This document shows, piece after piece, positions 56,420-64,000 of a stretch of 64,000 nucleotides of DNA (its first letter is position 1; each line of letters begins with the position of its first letter). Made by a program: the position numbers and the translations under genes. The notes under the pieces are model-generated. The model did not search any database. It was not told the origin of the DNA and was given only the letters and a program-made list of their open reading frames with translations. The DNA lies in the NCBI GenBank assembly GCA_043803745.1, contig JAZDJS010000015.1, forward strand, positions 1-64,000, written 5' to 3'. This stretch comes from an archaeon (GTDB lineage: Archaea > SpSt-1190 > DYHY01).

Positions 56420-56767
56420 TTAAATTCTCTCAAAGGATAGCCCCCTACCGTTACGGAAATCGACATAAACGCGGTTCGCTCGTTTTTTTAAGCTTTCCTT
56501 GTCGAAAATGACCCTTTCGCAGCCGGGCTTCCCTTCGGAAGCCCGTTCAAACACAATCTCTCGAAAAGAAGCACATTCTGGAACTATGTGTTTGGAAGCA
56601 ATATCTTTTTCAATGAAGAGCTGCGAATGAAGGAAAATAAGATCCTCCACAAAATTGCCACCGATGCAGAAACATGATTTTCTAAACCATTTGGGCGCTT
56701 TGGGAGCGAGTTCACGTTCTTTCATCCAATCAGTCAATTTCCGAGCTTCCAAACTAAAGAAAGACAA
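56420..56767 (-). pseudogene. Possible gene fragment downstream of tRNA-Gln
   Basis: 115-codon frame with weak TTG start; the same frame continues upstream through two stops (TGA, TAA) toward the tRNA 3' end. Confidence 0.3.
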
Positions 56768-56912
56768 CGGGAGGACTCAAACCGACGGGTCCCTGATGTG
56801 TTACTTCAAGAAAAGTAAGCGTTTTTTCAGTTCCAACAGTTTCGTCCAATCAGATCGCGTTTCGACAGAATAACAGCCCTTTTTATAGTCGTCTTCAGAC
56901 CTTGAAAGCAAA

Positions 56913-56988
56913 TGGTAGCCCCAGGCAGATTCGAACTGCCGTCCCAGGCTCCAGAGGCCCGTATCCTTGACCGCTAGACGATGGGGCT
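56913..56988 (-). tRNA. tRNA-Gln(CTG)
   Basis: AGCCCCA acceptor stem (A1-U72, archaeal Gln), anticodon loop CTCTGGA, GTTCGAATC T-arm, encoded CCA. Confidence 0.95.
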
Positions 56989-57401
56989 TTCCCAGATTTC
57001 GCAAGGCGCCAACCTCTTTAATAAATCTTTGCCCCAGTCAAGACACATATTCGAAAACTTCGTTTAGTATTGGAGAGGGGTGGCCATAATATATGTTTGG
57101 AAAATGTCAAATGAAACTAAGCATCCCTTGACAATTAACGTAACCATTGTATCGGAGCCGACAGGTTGCAAATAATTCAACAACAAACTGTTATAATTTA
57201 CCCTAGTATGGTATAAAAAAATATGGTTTTCCAGTCCTAATAGGGCGAAATATCTACCTTCAAGCACCTGAAGGCGCTGTTTATTTGTTTTGTGGGCTAA
57301 TATCTTGACCCTTGGGTTGGTTCGTGTCACTCAATAACGGCCTCCCTTAGATACCCCGAGGCCTGCCCCCGGTTGGAAGCTTCATTTTGGATGAGAACCC
57401 A

Positions 57402-57773
57402 TCATCCCCGCGCAAATCTGCGCCATTTCTCAGCTTTTTCTTCAAGTTTATTTGCGAAATTATGACTTAGGAAATATCCGGAATATTTGCTTTCCCGGTC
57501 AATTAACCCCCCACGCTCAAGCGTTGAAACAATTCGATATATTGTCGCCCTTGGCCCCTGAACCTTGAGCTCCGAAGCAAACATTTGTCTGCCTGATCTT
57601 GAGTAGCATCCCGCAGCTTTCATTTCAAGTATTATCTGTATTGCAATCTCAACCTGGCTTTTTGCAACGAAATCCTCCAGAAGCAGTTTCAGGAAGTCTC
57701 GATTTCCTGAAAAGCCATCCGTATCGGTTTTCTGAGACGAACGTTCAGTTTCCAAGAAAACACCCTCTTCCAC
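57402..57773 (-). CDS. Winged helix-turn-helix protein
   Basis: RATIYRIVSTLERGGLI...Y.LS..F. Confidence 0.7.
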   Translation of the reverse strand: MEEGVFLETERSSQKTDTDGFSGNRDFLKLLLEDFVAKSQVEIAIQIILEMKAAGCYSRSGRQMFASELKVQGPRATIYRIVSTLERGGLIDRESKYSGYFLSHNFANKLEEKAEKWRRFARG

Positions 57774-57988
57774 AAACAGACCATTTCCATATTTTTGAGA
57801 CGAATATATATGTCTGCAGTTGAAGCCCCATCATTTGCCAAACCCTCCTGAAAAGAATGAAATCGCCTGTTTTTCGAGCATCGTCTCAGCTAACCGGGAT
57901 TGGACTATTTATTCATTGACCAGAGCATTCCTCTAATATTTCAAAAAAAGAAAAAGCCTAAAAGCAACAACTTGTCATAAAAAGCAAC

Positions 57989-58417
57989 ATGTCAACAACA
58001 GATTTGCCAATTTCTGAAATAACCATCAGGAAGTTCGAACGGCCCGAGAATATTGACAAAAAAGTGCTAATAAGGCGATTTTGCATTTCCCTTGGTTTGA
58101 TAAATTCAGGAGATAATCGTGCTGGCTGCGTTGACGTTTTTGAGGTAATTTTCAATTCAAAAGAACCTTTAAGTGCCGAAGAAGTGTTTGAATCGCTTGG
58201 GAAGAAACTTGCACTCTCAGGAATACGTCGGCATTTGCGGAGGCTTGAAAGAATAAGGATTTTGGAACACCGAAACTCCAAATATCAGATAGCGGAAGGT
58301 CGAAATCTCTCTTATTGCCTGAAATACGTTGTGAAGGACTACTTGATTGAAGACATTTTTAATCGGATATCAGAATACGGCGAAAAGCTTCAAAATTTGC
58401 TCGATTCGGAGAAATAA
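57989..58417 (+). CDS. Winged helix-turn-helix protein (ArsR/TrmB-like)
   Basis: ITIRKFERP, F..SLGL, LSAEE, SGIRRHLRRL. Confidence 0.75.
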   Translation: MSTTDLPISEITIRKFERPENIDKKVLIRRFCISLGLINSGDNRAGCVDVFEVIFNSKEPLSAEEVFESLGKKLALSGIRRHLRRLERIRILEHRNSKYQIAEGRNLSYCLKYVVKDYLIEDIFNRISEYGEKLQNLLDSEK

Positions 58418-58419
58418 GG

Positions 58420-58707
58420 TCACAGTTTGTCGAATGAGATATATATCCCTTCCATAGAATGTGCTATTTCTTCCCCGAATTTCGTCAAAATAACGTGTTT
58501 TATGCGCCCTTTTTTCTCGAATTCAACAAGCCCCAGTTTCTTCATATCCTGGAGAATCCGGACGCAATGGGAATACGTGCAATCAGCTTCCTTCGCAAGA
58601 ATCGAGGCATATTTCTTCAGCCCCTTCAGTTTCGTTATGATTCTCGCCGGTTTGTCATGCAGAAACATTAGCTCGAGATCTTTTCTTGCCCCCATTGCCA
58701 TTTTCAA
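58420..58707 (-). CDS. Small winged-helix (MarR-like) DNA-binding protein
   Basis: YAS.LAKE.DCTYSH...IL..M...GLV.F.K.GR.K...LT..G. Confidence 0.85.
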   Translation of the reverse strand: MKMAMGARKDLELMFLHDKPARIITKLKGLKKYASILAKEADCTYSHCVRILQDMKKLGLVEFEKKGRIKHVILTKFGEEIAHSMEGIYISFDKL

Positions 58708-58809
58708 TAAACCCCCAAATTCTCCTATATTCTAAAAGATTGTGACAATCACTATATAACCGTTTTGATGCAACCATTGAGTTAGTATATTTTTACTGCA
58801 AGGATGATA

Positions 58810-59868
58810 TTAAAAATACCACTTCAGCGCAATGTTCTTTATTATCTCCATCAAAAAGGTGAAGATTAGTCCCATAATCACAGAGGTAACAAGATTTGTC
58901 AACCCAAGAGTGGGCTCTAAAAAGTAGCTCGCAGCAGACTTAAGGACCCAAACGGAAACCCCGACAAGCACCCCTGTGTTGATGTAATGGAGCATAAGAG
59001 AGAAATTTGGGAAGGAATCAATCGTTTTCCCGGAAACAACTGAAATGGCCGCCATCAGGAAGAAGAACAGCGAGCCGTAGAGGAACGAGAAAACCGTGTT
59101 GACAATGCTGGTGCTCCCCGCCATCTGCTCGAGTCCTTTGTAAATCGCGACGCCAACCATTACAAGGGAGACAACATACGTAAGCAAGGAAAACCTCATG
59201 AACTTGAAGGATGTCTTGAAATCGTTCACGAACCCGAGAACCGCGCTTTCAAGCTGGAAACCGCGTAGGAGCAGATAGCCGCCGACAACGGCAAAAATTA
59301 TCCGCCAGCCGGACATTCCGAAAAGGGCAAGCATTATTGCGACAATTCCCGGAACGCCAAGGACAAGCCGCGCCATTTCCTTGTCCTTCGTTATCTTCTT
59401 CAACCAATCCATTGCCGTGTAATAGGTGTTTTCAAGCCGCTCCGCCTGTTTCACTACAAGACGCCGTATCCCAGTTATCTTAATCCTCGACTGCAGGAGC
59501 GGAAGGACCTGGTCGTCCTCGGCGCCGTCAGTCACGAGGATTGCGCCGCTGTATTTTCCGCCTTTCAGAACGTGTTCAATTTGCTCGGAAACGATTCTGT
59601 CAGAAGCAACCCCGACCTTGACCGAGCCAGTGACAACCGCAACCTCGCCCTTGACCTCCTTTGCGACCCGGACCGCCTCAAACATTGTGTTTGAATCGTT
59701 GTCAGCGGGGTCCGCCAGGGAAAGGGCAATAGCAGCTTCAAGAACCTTTCTTTCCCCGACAATTGGGCCGTCAAACTGGGTCTTCCTGCCGAGATCGTCG
59801 TCCCTATCGACGCACATTACAATGAGCCGGTCGCTGATTTTTTCACTCTGTTGCCGCAAAATTAACAT
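58810..59868 (-). CDS. DUF373 family membrane protein
   Basis: CVDRDDDLG, DP.D.D.N, TDGAED, VKQ, LGVPG; start uncertain. Confidence 0.9.
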   Translation of the reverse strand: MLILRQQSEKISDRLIVMCVDRDDDLGRKTQFDGPIVGERKVLEAAIALSLADPADNDSNTMFEAVRVAKEVKGEVAVVTGSVKVGVASDRIVSEQIEHVLKGGKYSGAILVTDGAEDDQVLPLLQSRIKITGIRRLVVKQAERLENTYYTAMDWLKKITKDKEMARLVLGVPGIVAIMLALFGMSGWRIIFAVVGGYLLLRGFQLESAVLGFVNDFKTSFKFMRFSLLTYVVSLVMVGVAIYKGLEQMAGSTSIVNTVFSFLYGSLFFFLMAAISVVSGKTIDSFPNFSLMLHYINTGVLVGVSVWVLKSAASYFLEPTLGLTNLVTSVIMGLIFTFLMEIIKNIALKWYF

Positions 59869-60076
59869 CCTCTTTGGTTATAGTTTTCCGCTTGCCAATC
59901 CCGGCGAGCACCCCGGACTTTGCAGCCAGCCTCTTCGCAGTTTGTTCAAGGAAGTTGTGAAGTTCCTCGACGGATTCCCGTTCGAACCGCGCCCTGCCCG
60001 CCTTTCTCATGAGCCTCACGACGCCCGCTCTTGGAAGAAGTCCCTTTTCTCTTGAATCGGAAGAACCGCCAGCCAT
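59843..60076 (-). CDS. Archaeal histone (HMf-like fold)
   Basis: LP.A.V.RLMRKAG.AR, LE, A....RKTITKEDV. Confidence 0.88.
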   Translation of the reverse strand: MAGGSSDSREKGLLPRAGVVRLMRKAGRARFERESVEELHNFLEQTAKRLAAKSGVLAGIGKRKTITKEDVNFAATE

Positions 60077-60189
60077 TCCGCCTCTGTGCAGGCCTTCTTT
60101 TATTTAATTTTGTGTTTTCTGGCGATTTTATCGGAAAACCGTCCAATTGACGGTCACCATTATAAAATAGTCCTTCGATTCATACGGCA

Positions 60190-61032
60190 ATGCCTGTGAT
60201 TTCCCCTCCAACGGACCGGGAAGAATATCTCCGCGCCTATTACAACGCCATGAAACCCGAGGAAGTTGAGTTTCTCGAATCCCTTGAACAGACCGGAGAC
60301 GGCGACCCAATAGACGTCCGGAACGCAAAGCTAGCATTTATTGCGAACCACTACTTCAATTTCGAGTTCAGGACTTGCAGCGCATTCAGACGGGGATATT
60401 TTCTTCTCGAGGAGTTGGACGAGACGGTAAAGGGAATTGACCTTGCCCCTTTTTTGAGAAGAAATAAAAAAGACGGTTTCAAGCCAGATTACCCCAAATA
60501 CTCTATCACGTCAATTCGGGTTTCTCCGGAAGGGCGCAAATCCGATGACTGCTGGAAGGGTCCCAAATGCCCCGACCGGGTGCAAATCCTGCCAGACGGG
60601 ACACACCTCGTCCACAAATATTACATCGACGCGCCAGCGGGATTCGAGGTGTGTTTTTCCGGAGAGCCGATATGCTACGCTTCCTTTTTTCCCTCAAGCG
60701 AAGATGCCCTCACAATAAGGCAGCTCCAAGGCGTTCGGTTCATTGACGCCTCTCGGAGAATTTTCCGCGGAACGCGCCCCCTTGTCCCATTCAACTACAA
60801 AGGGATCCTTCTCGATGTTTCAACCGAAATAGCAAGAGCCCTCGGATATTCCCAGATAGGAATCCAGACGGGACAGGCGCATCCCTCAACAAGGCTATTC
60901 TATCCGGAAACCGGCGCACCCCACCTCCCTCTTGAGAACGCTCTGCGAATATACGATGCCTTTGCCGAAGCAAATGGTTTCGAGCAGGGACCGGATTCCA
61001 ACTGGTACAGATCCCTTGCACAAACGGGCTAG
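60190..61032 (+). CDS. Hypothetical protein (C-terminal half weakly VirK/DUF535-like)
   Basis: 280 aa ORF; L.IRQLQG and YD.FA...GF....NW patterns. Confidence 0.5.
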   Translation: MPVISPPTDREEYLRAYYNAMKPEEVEFLESLEQTGDGDPIDVRNAKLAFIANHYFNFEFRTCSAFRRGYFLLEELDETVKGIDLAPFLRRNKKDGFKPDYPKYSITSIRVSPEGRKSDDCWKGPKCPDRVQILPDGTHLVHKYYIDAPAGFEVCFSGEPICYASFFPSSEDALTIRQLQGVRFIDASRRIFRGTRPLVPFNYKGILLDVSTEIARALGYSQIGIQTGQAHPSTRLFYPETGAPHLPLENALRIYDAFAEANGFEQGPDSNWYRSLAQTG

Positions 61033-61107
61033 CGGCCAAGCCCTCCGGGAATTTGATGCTTTTACAGGAAACCTCCAGAAAACAGATAAAAAGGCTGAGA
61101 ACGGTCG

Positions 61108-62142
61108 GTGCCCATGCAGGCAGATTTCGAATCGGTTGTTAGGAAGCTTGTGGAGGATTCCCAGCTTCCGAGGGAAGAGATACTCTCATTAATCGAGGGG
61201 AAGAAAAAAGAGCTCCCCGGGCTGATTTCGGATCTCGGGGCAGCCCATATTATCGCTAACGAACTCGGGATACAGACGCTCCCCTCATTGAAAACAATCC
61301 AGAAAATAGAGGATCTAAAGCCCGGAACCCCCTCGGTCGAGCTCATTGCCCGTGTTTTGCGCGTTTATGAGAAGCGGGAATTCGACAAGGGAGGTCGAAA
61401 GGGACAGGTCGCTTCCCTGCTGATCCTTGATGAAACGGGCACAACCCGCCTTGTCCTCTGGGGAGTTCTCGCAAACCTGGCTGAAACAGTTACACAAGGG
61501 GACATTCTCAAGGTTTCCAACGCATATGTGAAGCAGGATCTGCAGGGGCGTTCCGAGCTTCACGCTTCGAACAGGACAAGAGTTGCGCTCAACCCGGAAG
61601 GGGAGGGAAAGGATCTCCCTTCAGCGTCTTCAGGACTGGCAAGCGCGGGAACATTTTCAGCAAAGGAGAAATACATTTCCGAGCTTTCAGAAAACGAGAC
61701 GGCTCAGGTAACCTTCCGCGCAACAGTAATGAAGGTTTTCGACACGCGTTCGCCCTTCTACGAAACCTGCCCGACTTGCAGCAAGTCAATCAACACCTGC
61801 GCCGAGCACGACCACGCGACAACGAAGCGCGCGCTGATACTGAACATCCTTGTCGACGACGGAACCGGGGTTATCCGGGCAACCCTTTTCAAGCAGGCTG
61901 CGGAAGCGCTCCTTGGGATGAAAACGGAGGAAGCTGAGAAGCTGGCCGACCTTGCCGGCAACCCGCTTGTAATCTATGCTGCAACGAACAAGCTTATCGG
62001 AACAGAGAGGGTTTTCACCGGTCGCGCCCGCTACAATTCGGTTTTCGAGCGGATGGAGCTTGTCGCAAACTCCGTCCTGAACGTCGATGTCGCCAGGGAA
62101 GTCGAGAAGCTTACGAAGGAACTGGAAGCAACGGCGAAATAA
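61108..62142 (+). CDS. rpa: Replication protein A (OB folds plus Zn finger)
   Basis: GLIS..GA..IIA..LG, DETG..R.VLW, CPTC, DDGTG.IR..LF. Confidence 0.9.
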   Translation: MPMQADFESVVRKLVEDSQLPREEILSLIEGKKKELPGLISDLGAAHIIANELGIQTLPSLKTIQKIEDLKPGTPSVELIARVLRVYEKREFDKGGRKGQVASLLILDETGTTRLVLWGVLANLAETVTQGDILKVSNAYVKQDLQGRSELHASNRTRVALNPEGEGKDLPSASSGLASAGTFSAKEKYISELSENETAQVTFRATVMKVFDTRSPFYETCPTCSKSINTCAEHDHATTKRALILNILVDDGTGVIRATLFKQAAEALLGMKTEEAEKLADLAGNPLVIYAATNKLIGTERVFTGRARYNSVFERMELVANSVLNVDVAREVEKLTKELEATAK

Positions 62143-62166
62143 GTGAGAAGGGTCATTAACTGAAAA

Positions 62167-62868
62167 ATGGGCTTGTCCGACGAAATGCGCGAACTTCAGG
62201 ACCAGATTTACTCGGACTACCGGCTAGGCAGCGACCTAGCAACATTTGAAAGAAGATTCCTTGGAAAAGACCGAGAAGTCGTGAAATACGGACAAGAATG
62301 TCTTTGCATAACTGCCCTGGGAAATGCAGTGGGATATCGCCCCGAAGTTCCCAGCGGCGACTTCCTTCCGGAAGTAACCGCGCTCATAGATGCAGTTGAA
62401 GAATACCGCAAGCCAAGGGAGATAGACCGTTCCGAGATGGATTTCTCATCTTCGTTGATATGCGCTCTCGTCCATGCCGTTCACGCAGCAAACGCAGATG
62501 CGGCCTACTGGATCGAACTGCAAGATGCCCGGGGAGTGGGCCGGACAATACAGCGGGCAAAAAACTTTCAGGGACGATATCCTAATGAGTTCAGGGAAAT
62601 GAAGGAAGACGGTGGTTGGGAGGAAATAGGTTATTTTGATTTCGACAAATATTTCTATGCGCTTGCACGAATATGCGCAACGGACTCAAGGAAACTACTT
62701 GCAAGCGGATCTAGCGACCGCACGGAAACGGCCCAGAAAGCTCGGGAGCCCACCGAATATTTCAGAGCAATTGCAAAGACGGCGGAACTGGAACCTCCCG
62801 CGGATGCGGTCGCCCTCGTATCAACAGTTGAAGCGGAAATAGCAAAATATCAATTCGCCGGCTTGTGA
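62167..62868 (+). CDS. Hypothetical protein
   Basis: 233 aa ORF, acidic and helical-looking, no recognised motif. Confidence 0.55.
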   Translation: MGLSDEMRELQDQIYSDYRLGSDLATFERRFLGKDREVVKYGQECLCITALGNAVGYRPEVPSGDFLPEVTALIDAVEEYRKPREIDRSEMDFSSSLICALVHAVHAANADAAYWIELQDARGVGRTIQRAKNFQGRYPNEFREMKEDGGWEEIGYFDFDKYFYALARICATDSRKLLASGSSDRTETAQKAREPTEYFRAIAKTAELEPPADAVALVSTVEAEIAKYQFAGL

Positions 62869-63100
62869 AGACCGAACTCCGTTCCCGCCGGTTGAGCAAA
62901 AGCCGAGTAACGGGCGAGGCCTGGCATCTCCGAGCGCGTAGCCCCTCCGCAGAGAGTCCGTGCCGAAAATAGAATTTTTCCAAAAACTATGCACCGAAGA
63001 GGTCGCTATTCCGGAAAATATACTGTTCTCCGGCAAATCGGCTGAGCAATCATGCAAAGTCGGTATTCGCAACCAAACGCCAGACAAAATGCGAATACCG
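62865..63100. ncRNA. Structured intergenic element D upstream of radA
   Basis: TCCGTGC (62957)...GCACCGA (62997) motif, CTCCGCAGAG shared with element A, perfect 11-bp inverted repeat 63061-63100. Confidence 0.35.
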
Positions 63101-63110
63101 GAAAGGCGCC

Positions 63111-63136
63111 CTCAGTCTCTATAAATAGAGATTGAG
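63111..63136 (+). promoter_or_regulatory. radA TATA box embedded in an inverted repeat
   Basis: CTCAGTCTCTA-TAAA-TAGAGATTGAG; TATAAATA about 25-33 bp before the radA ATG. Confidence 0.6.
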
Positions 63137-63152
63137 CCCAACCAAAGTTAAC

Positions 63153-64000
63153 ATGGCGAAGAAGACAGCAACATCGAAAGACGAAATAATCGAAACGGTT
63201 CCTTCAACGGAAAAAGAGGAAACTGTAGCCGCATCCGAAACAAAGCCCGAGGCAAAAGCGGAAGCCAAAGCATCCAAAAAGTCGAAAATAGAATCGGTTG
63301 CTGAGCTCCCAGGAGTCGGCGACAAGACAGCCGCGAAGCTTGCGGCGGCTGGGTATGTAGATCTTCTTGCGGTTGCTGCGGCATCTCCGGCAGAGCTTGC
63401 AGCAATAACCGAAATAGGGGACGCAACCTGCGCGAAAATAATTAACTCCGCCCGCGAACAGCTTGAGATAGGATTCGAGCCGGCCAGCGAGCTTCTTGAG
63501 AAAAGGAAGCTTGTCGGGCGGATAAAGACCGGGTCCAAAACTCTTGACGACCTCCTTGGCGGAGGAGTCCAGACACAGGCAATAACGGAATCATTCGCAG
63601 CATTCGGGTCTGGCAAGTCCCAGCTAGGGTTCCAGCTCGCGGTTAACGCAACCCTTCCGGTTGAGAAGGGCGGGCTTGCGGGACAGGTTGCTTTCATTGA
63701 CACTGAGAACACCTTCCGCCCGGAGAGGATCATCCAGATAGCCGAAGCAAGGGGGGTTTCCCAGGATGAAATCCTTTCCAAGATAATAATCGCCCGTGCA
63801 TATAACAGCGATCACCAAATGCTCCTCGTCGACCAGATTGAGGATATGATAAACAAGGGGAAGAAAATCAAGCTCATTGTAGTAGACTCCGTCACAAGCC
63901 ATTTCAGAGCGGAATACCTGGGTCGCGGCACGTTAGCCGACAGGCAGCAGAAGCTGAACCGCCACCTCCACAGGCTCCAGAGGCTTGCGGACGTCTACAA
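63153..64000 (+). CDS. radA: DNA repair and recombination protein RadA (3'-truncated by window; absent from ORF track)
   Basis: Manual translation: [12 protein letters not shown] Hh[63 protein letters not shown]. Confidence 0.97.
   Translation, partial: MAKKTATSKDEIIETVPSTEKEETVAASETKPEAKAEAKASKKSKIESVAELPGVGDKTAAKLAAAGYVDLLAVAAASPAELAAITEIGDATCAKIINSAREQLEIGFEPASELLEKRKLVGRIKTGSKTLDDLLGGGVQTQAITESFAAFGSGKSQLGFQLAVNATLPVEKGGLAGQVAFIDTENTFRPERIIQIAEARGVSQDEILSKIIIARAYNSDHQMLLVDQIEDMINKGKKIKLIVVDSVTSHFRAEYLGRGTLADRQQKLNRHLHRLQRLADVY

Overview
Archaeal chromosomal segment. Evidence for archaeal origin: Cdc6/Orc1, PolD DP1+DP2, RadA, RPA, HMf-type histone, aEF-1beta, SecDF, archaeal PPAT and GTP-dependent dephospho-CoA kinase. 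The compact layout is suggestive of a DPANN-type lineage, but that cannot be established from this window. Layout: 1-17.7 kb is a surface-glycan cluster (flippase, GT4/GT2/GT-C glycosyltransferases, a WbpB/E/D-like amino-sugar trio, two UDP-GlcNAc 2-epimerases, an embedded thiolase plus 3-hydroxyacyl-CoA dehydrogenase, two atypical nucleotidyltransferases). 18-27 kb is the replication-origin region (DHH/RecJ-GAN, a PPAT-wHTH fusion, ORB-containing oriC, cdc6, DP1, DP2). The rest is housekeeping genes with two tRNAs (Arg-GCG, Gln-CUG), two tandem processive GT2s, Lhr, a wHTH gene cluster and a truncated radA. Most notable unexplained signals: (i) dispersed, highly structured intergenic elements sharing the motif TCCGTGC..GCRCCGA and/or IS200/IS605-type ends, with no transposase or TnpB gene in the window, two of them beside paralogous YCSxKxCGWGW Zn-ribbon genes; (ii) an in-phase 9-bp repeat array in an AT-rich gap near three wHTH genes; (iii) an RHH domain fused to an apparently inactive nucleotidyltransferase; (iv) a probable 3-hydroxybutyryl-CoA supply module inside the glycan cluster; (v) a PPAT-wHTH fusion abutting oriC. 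All protein calls are by eye from motifs; no searches were run.
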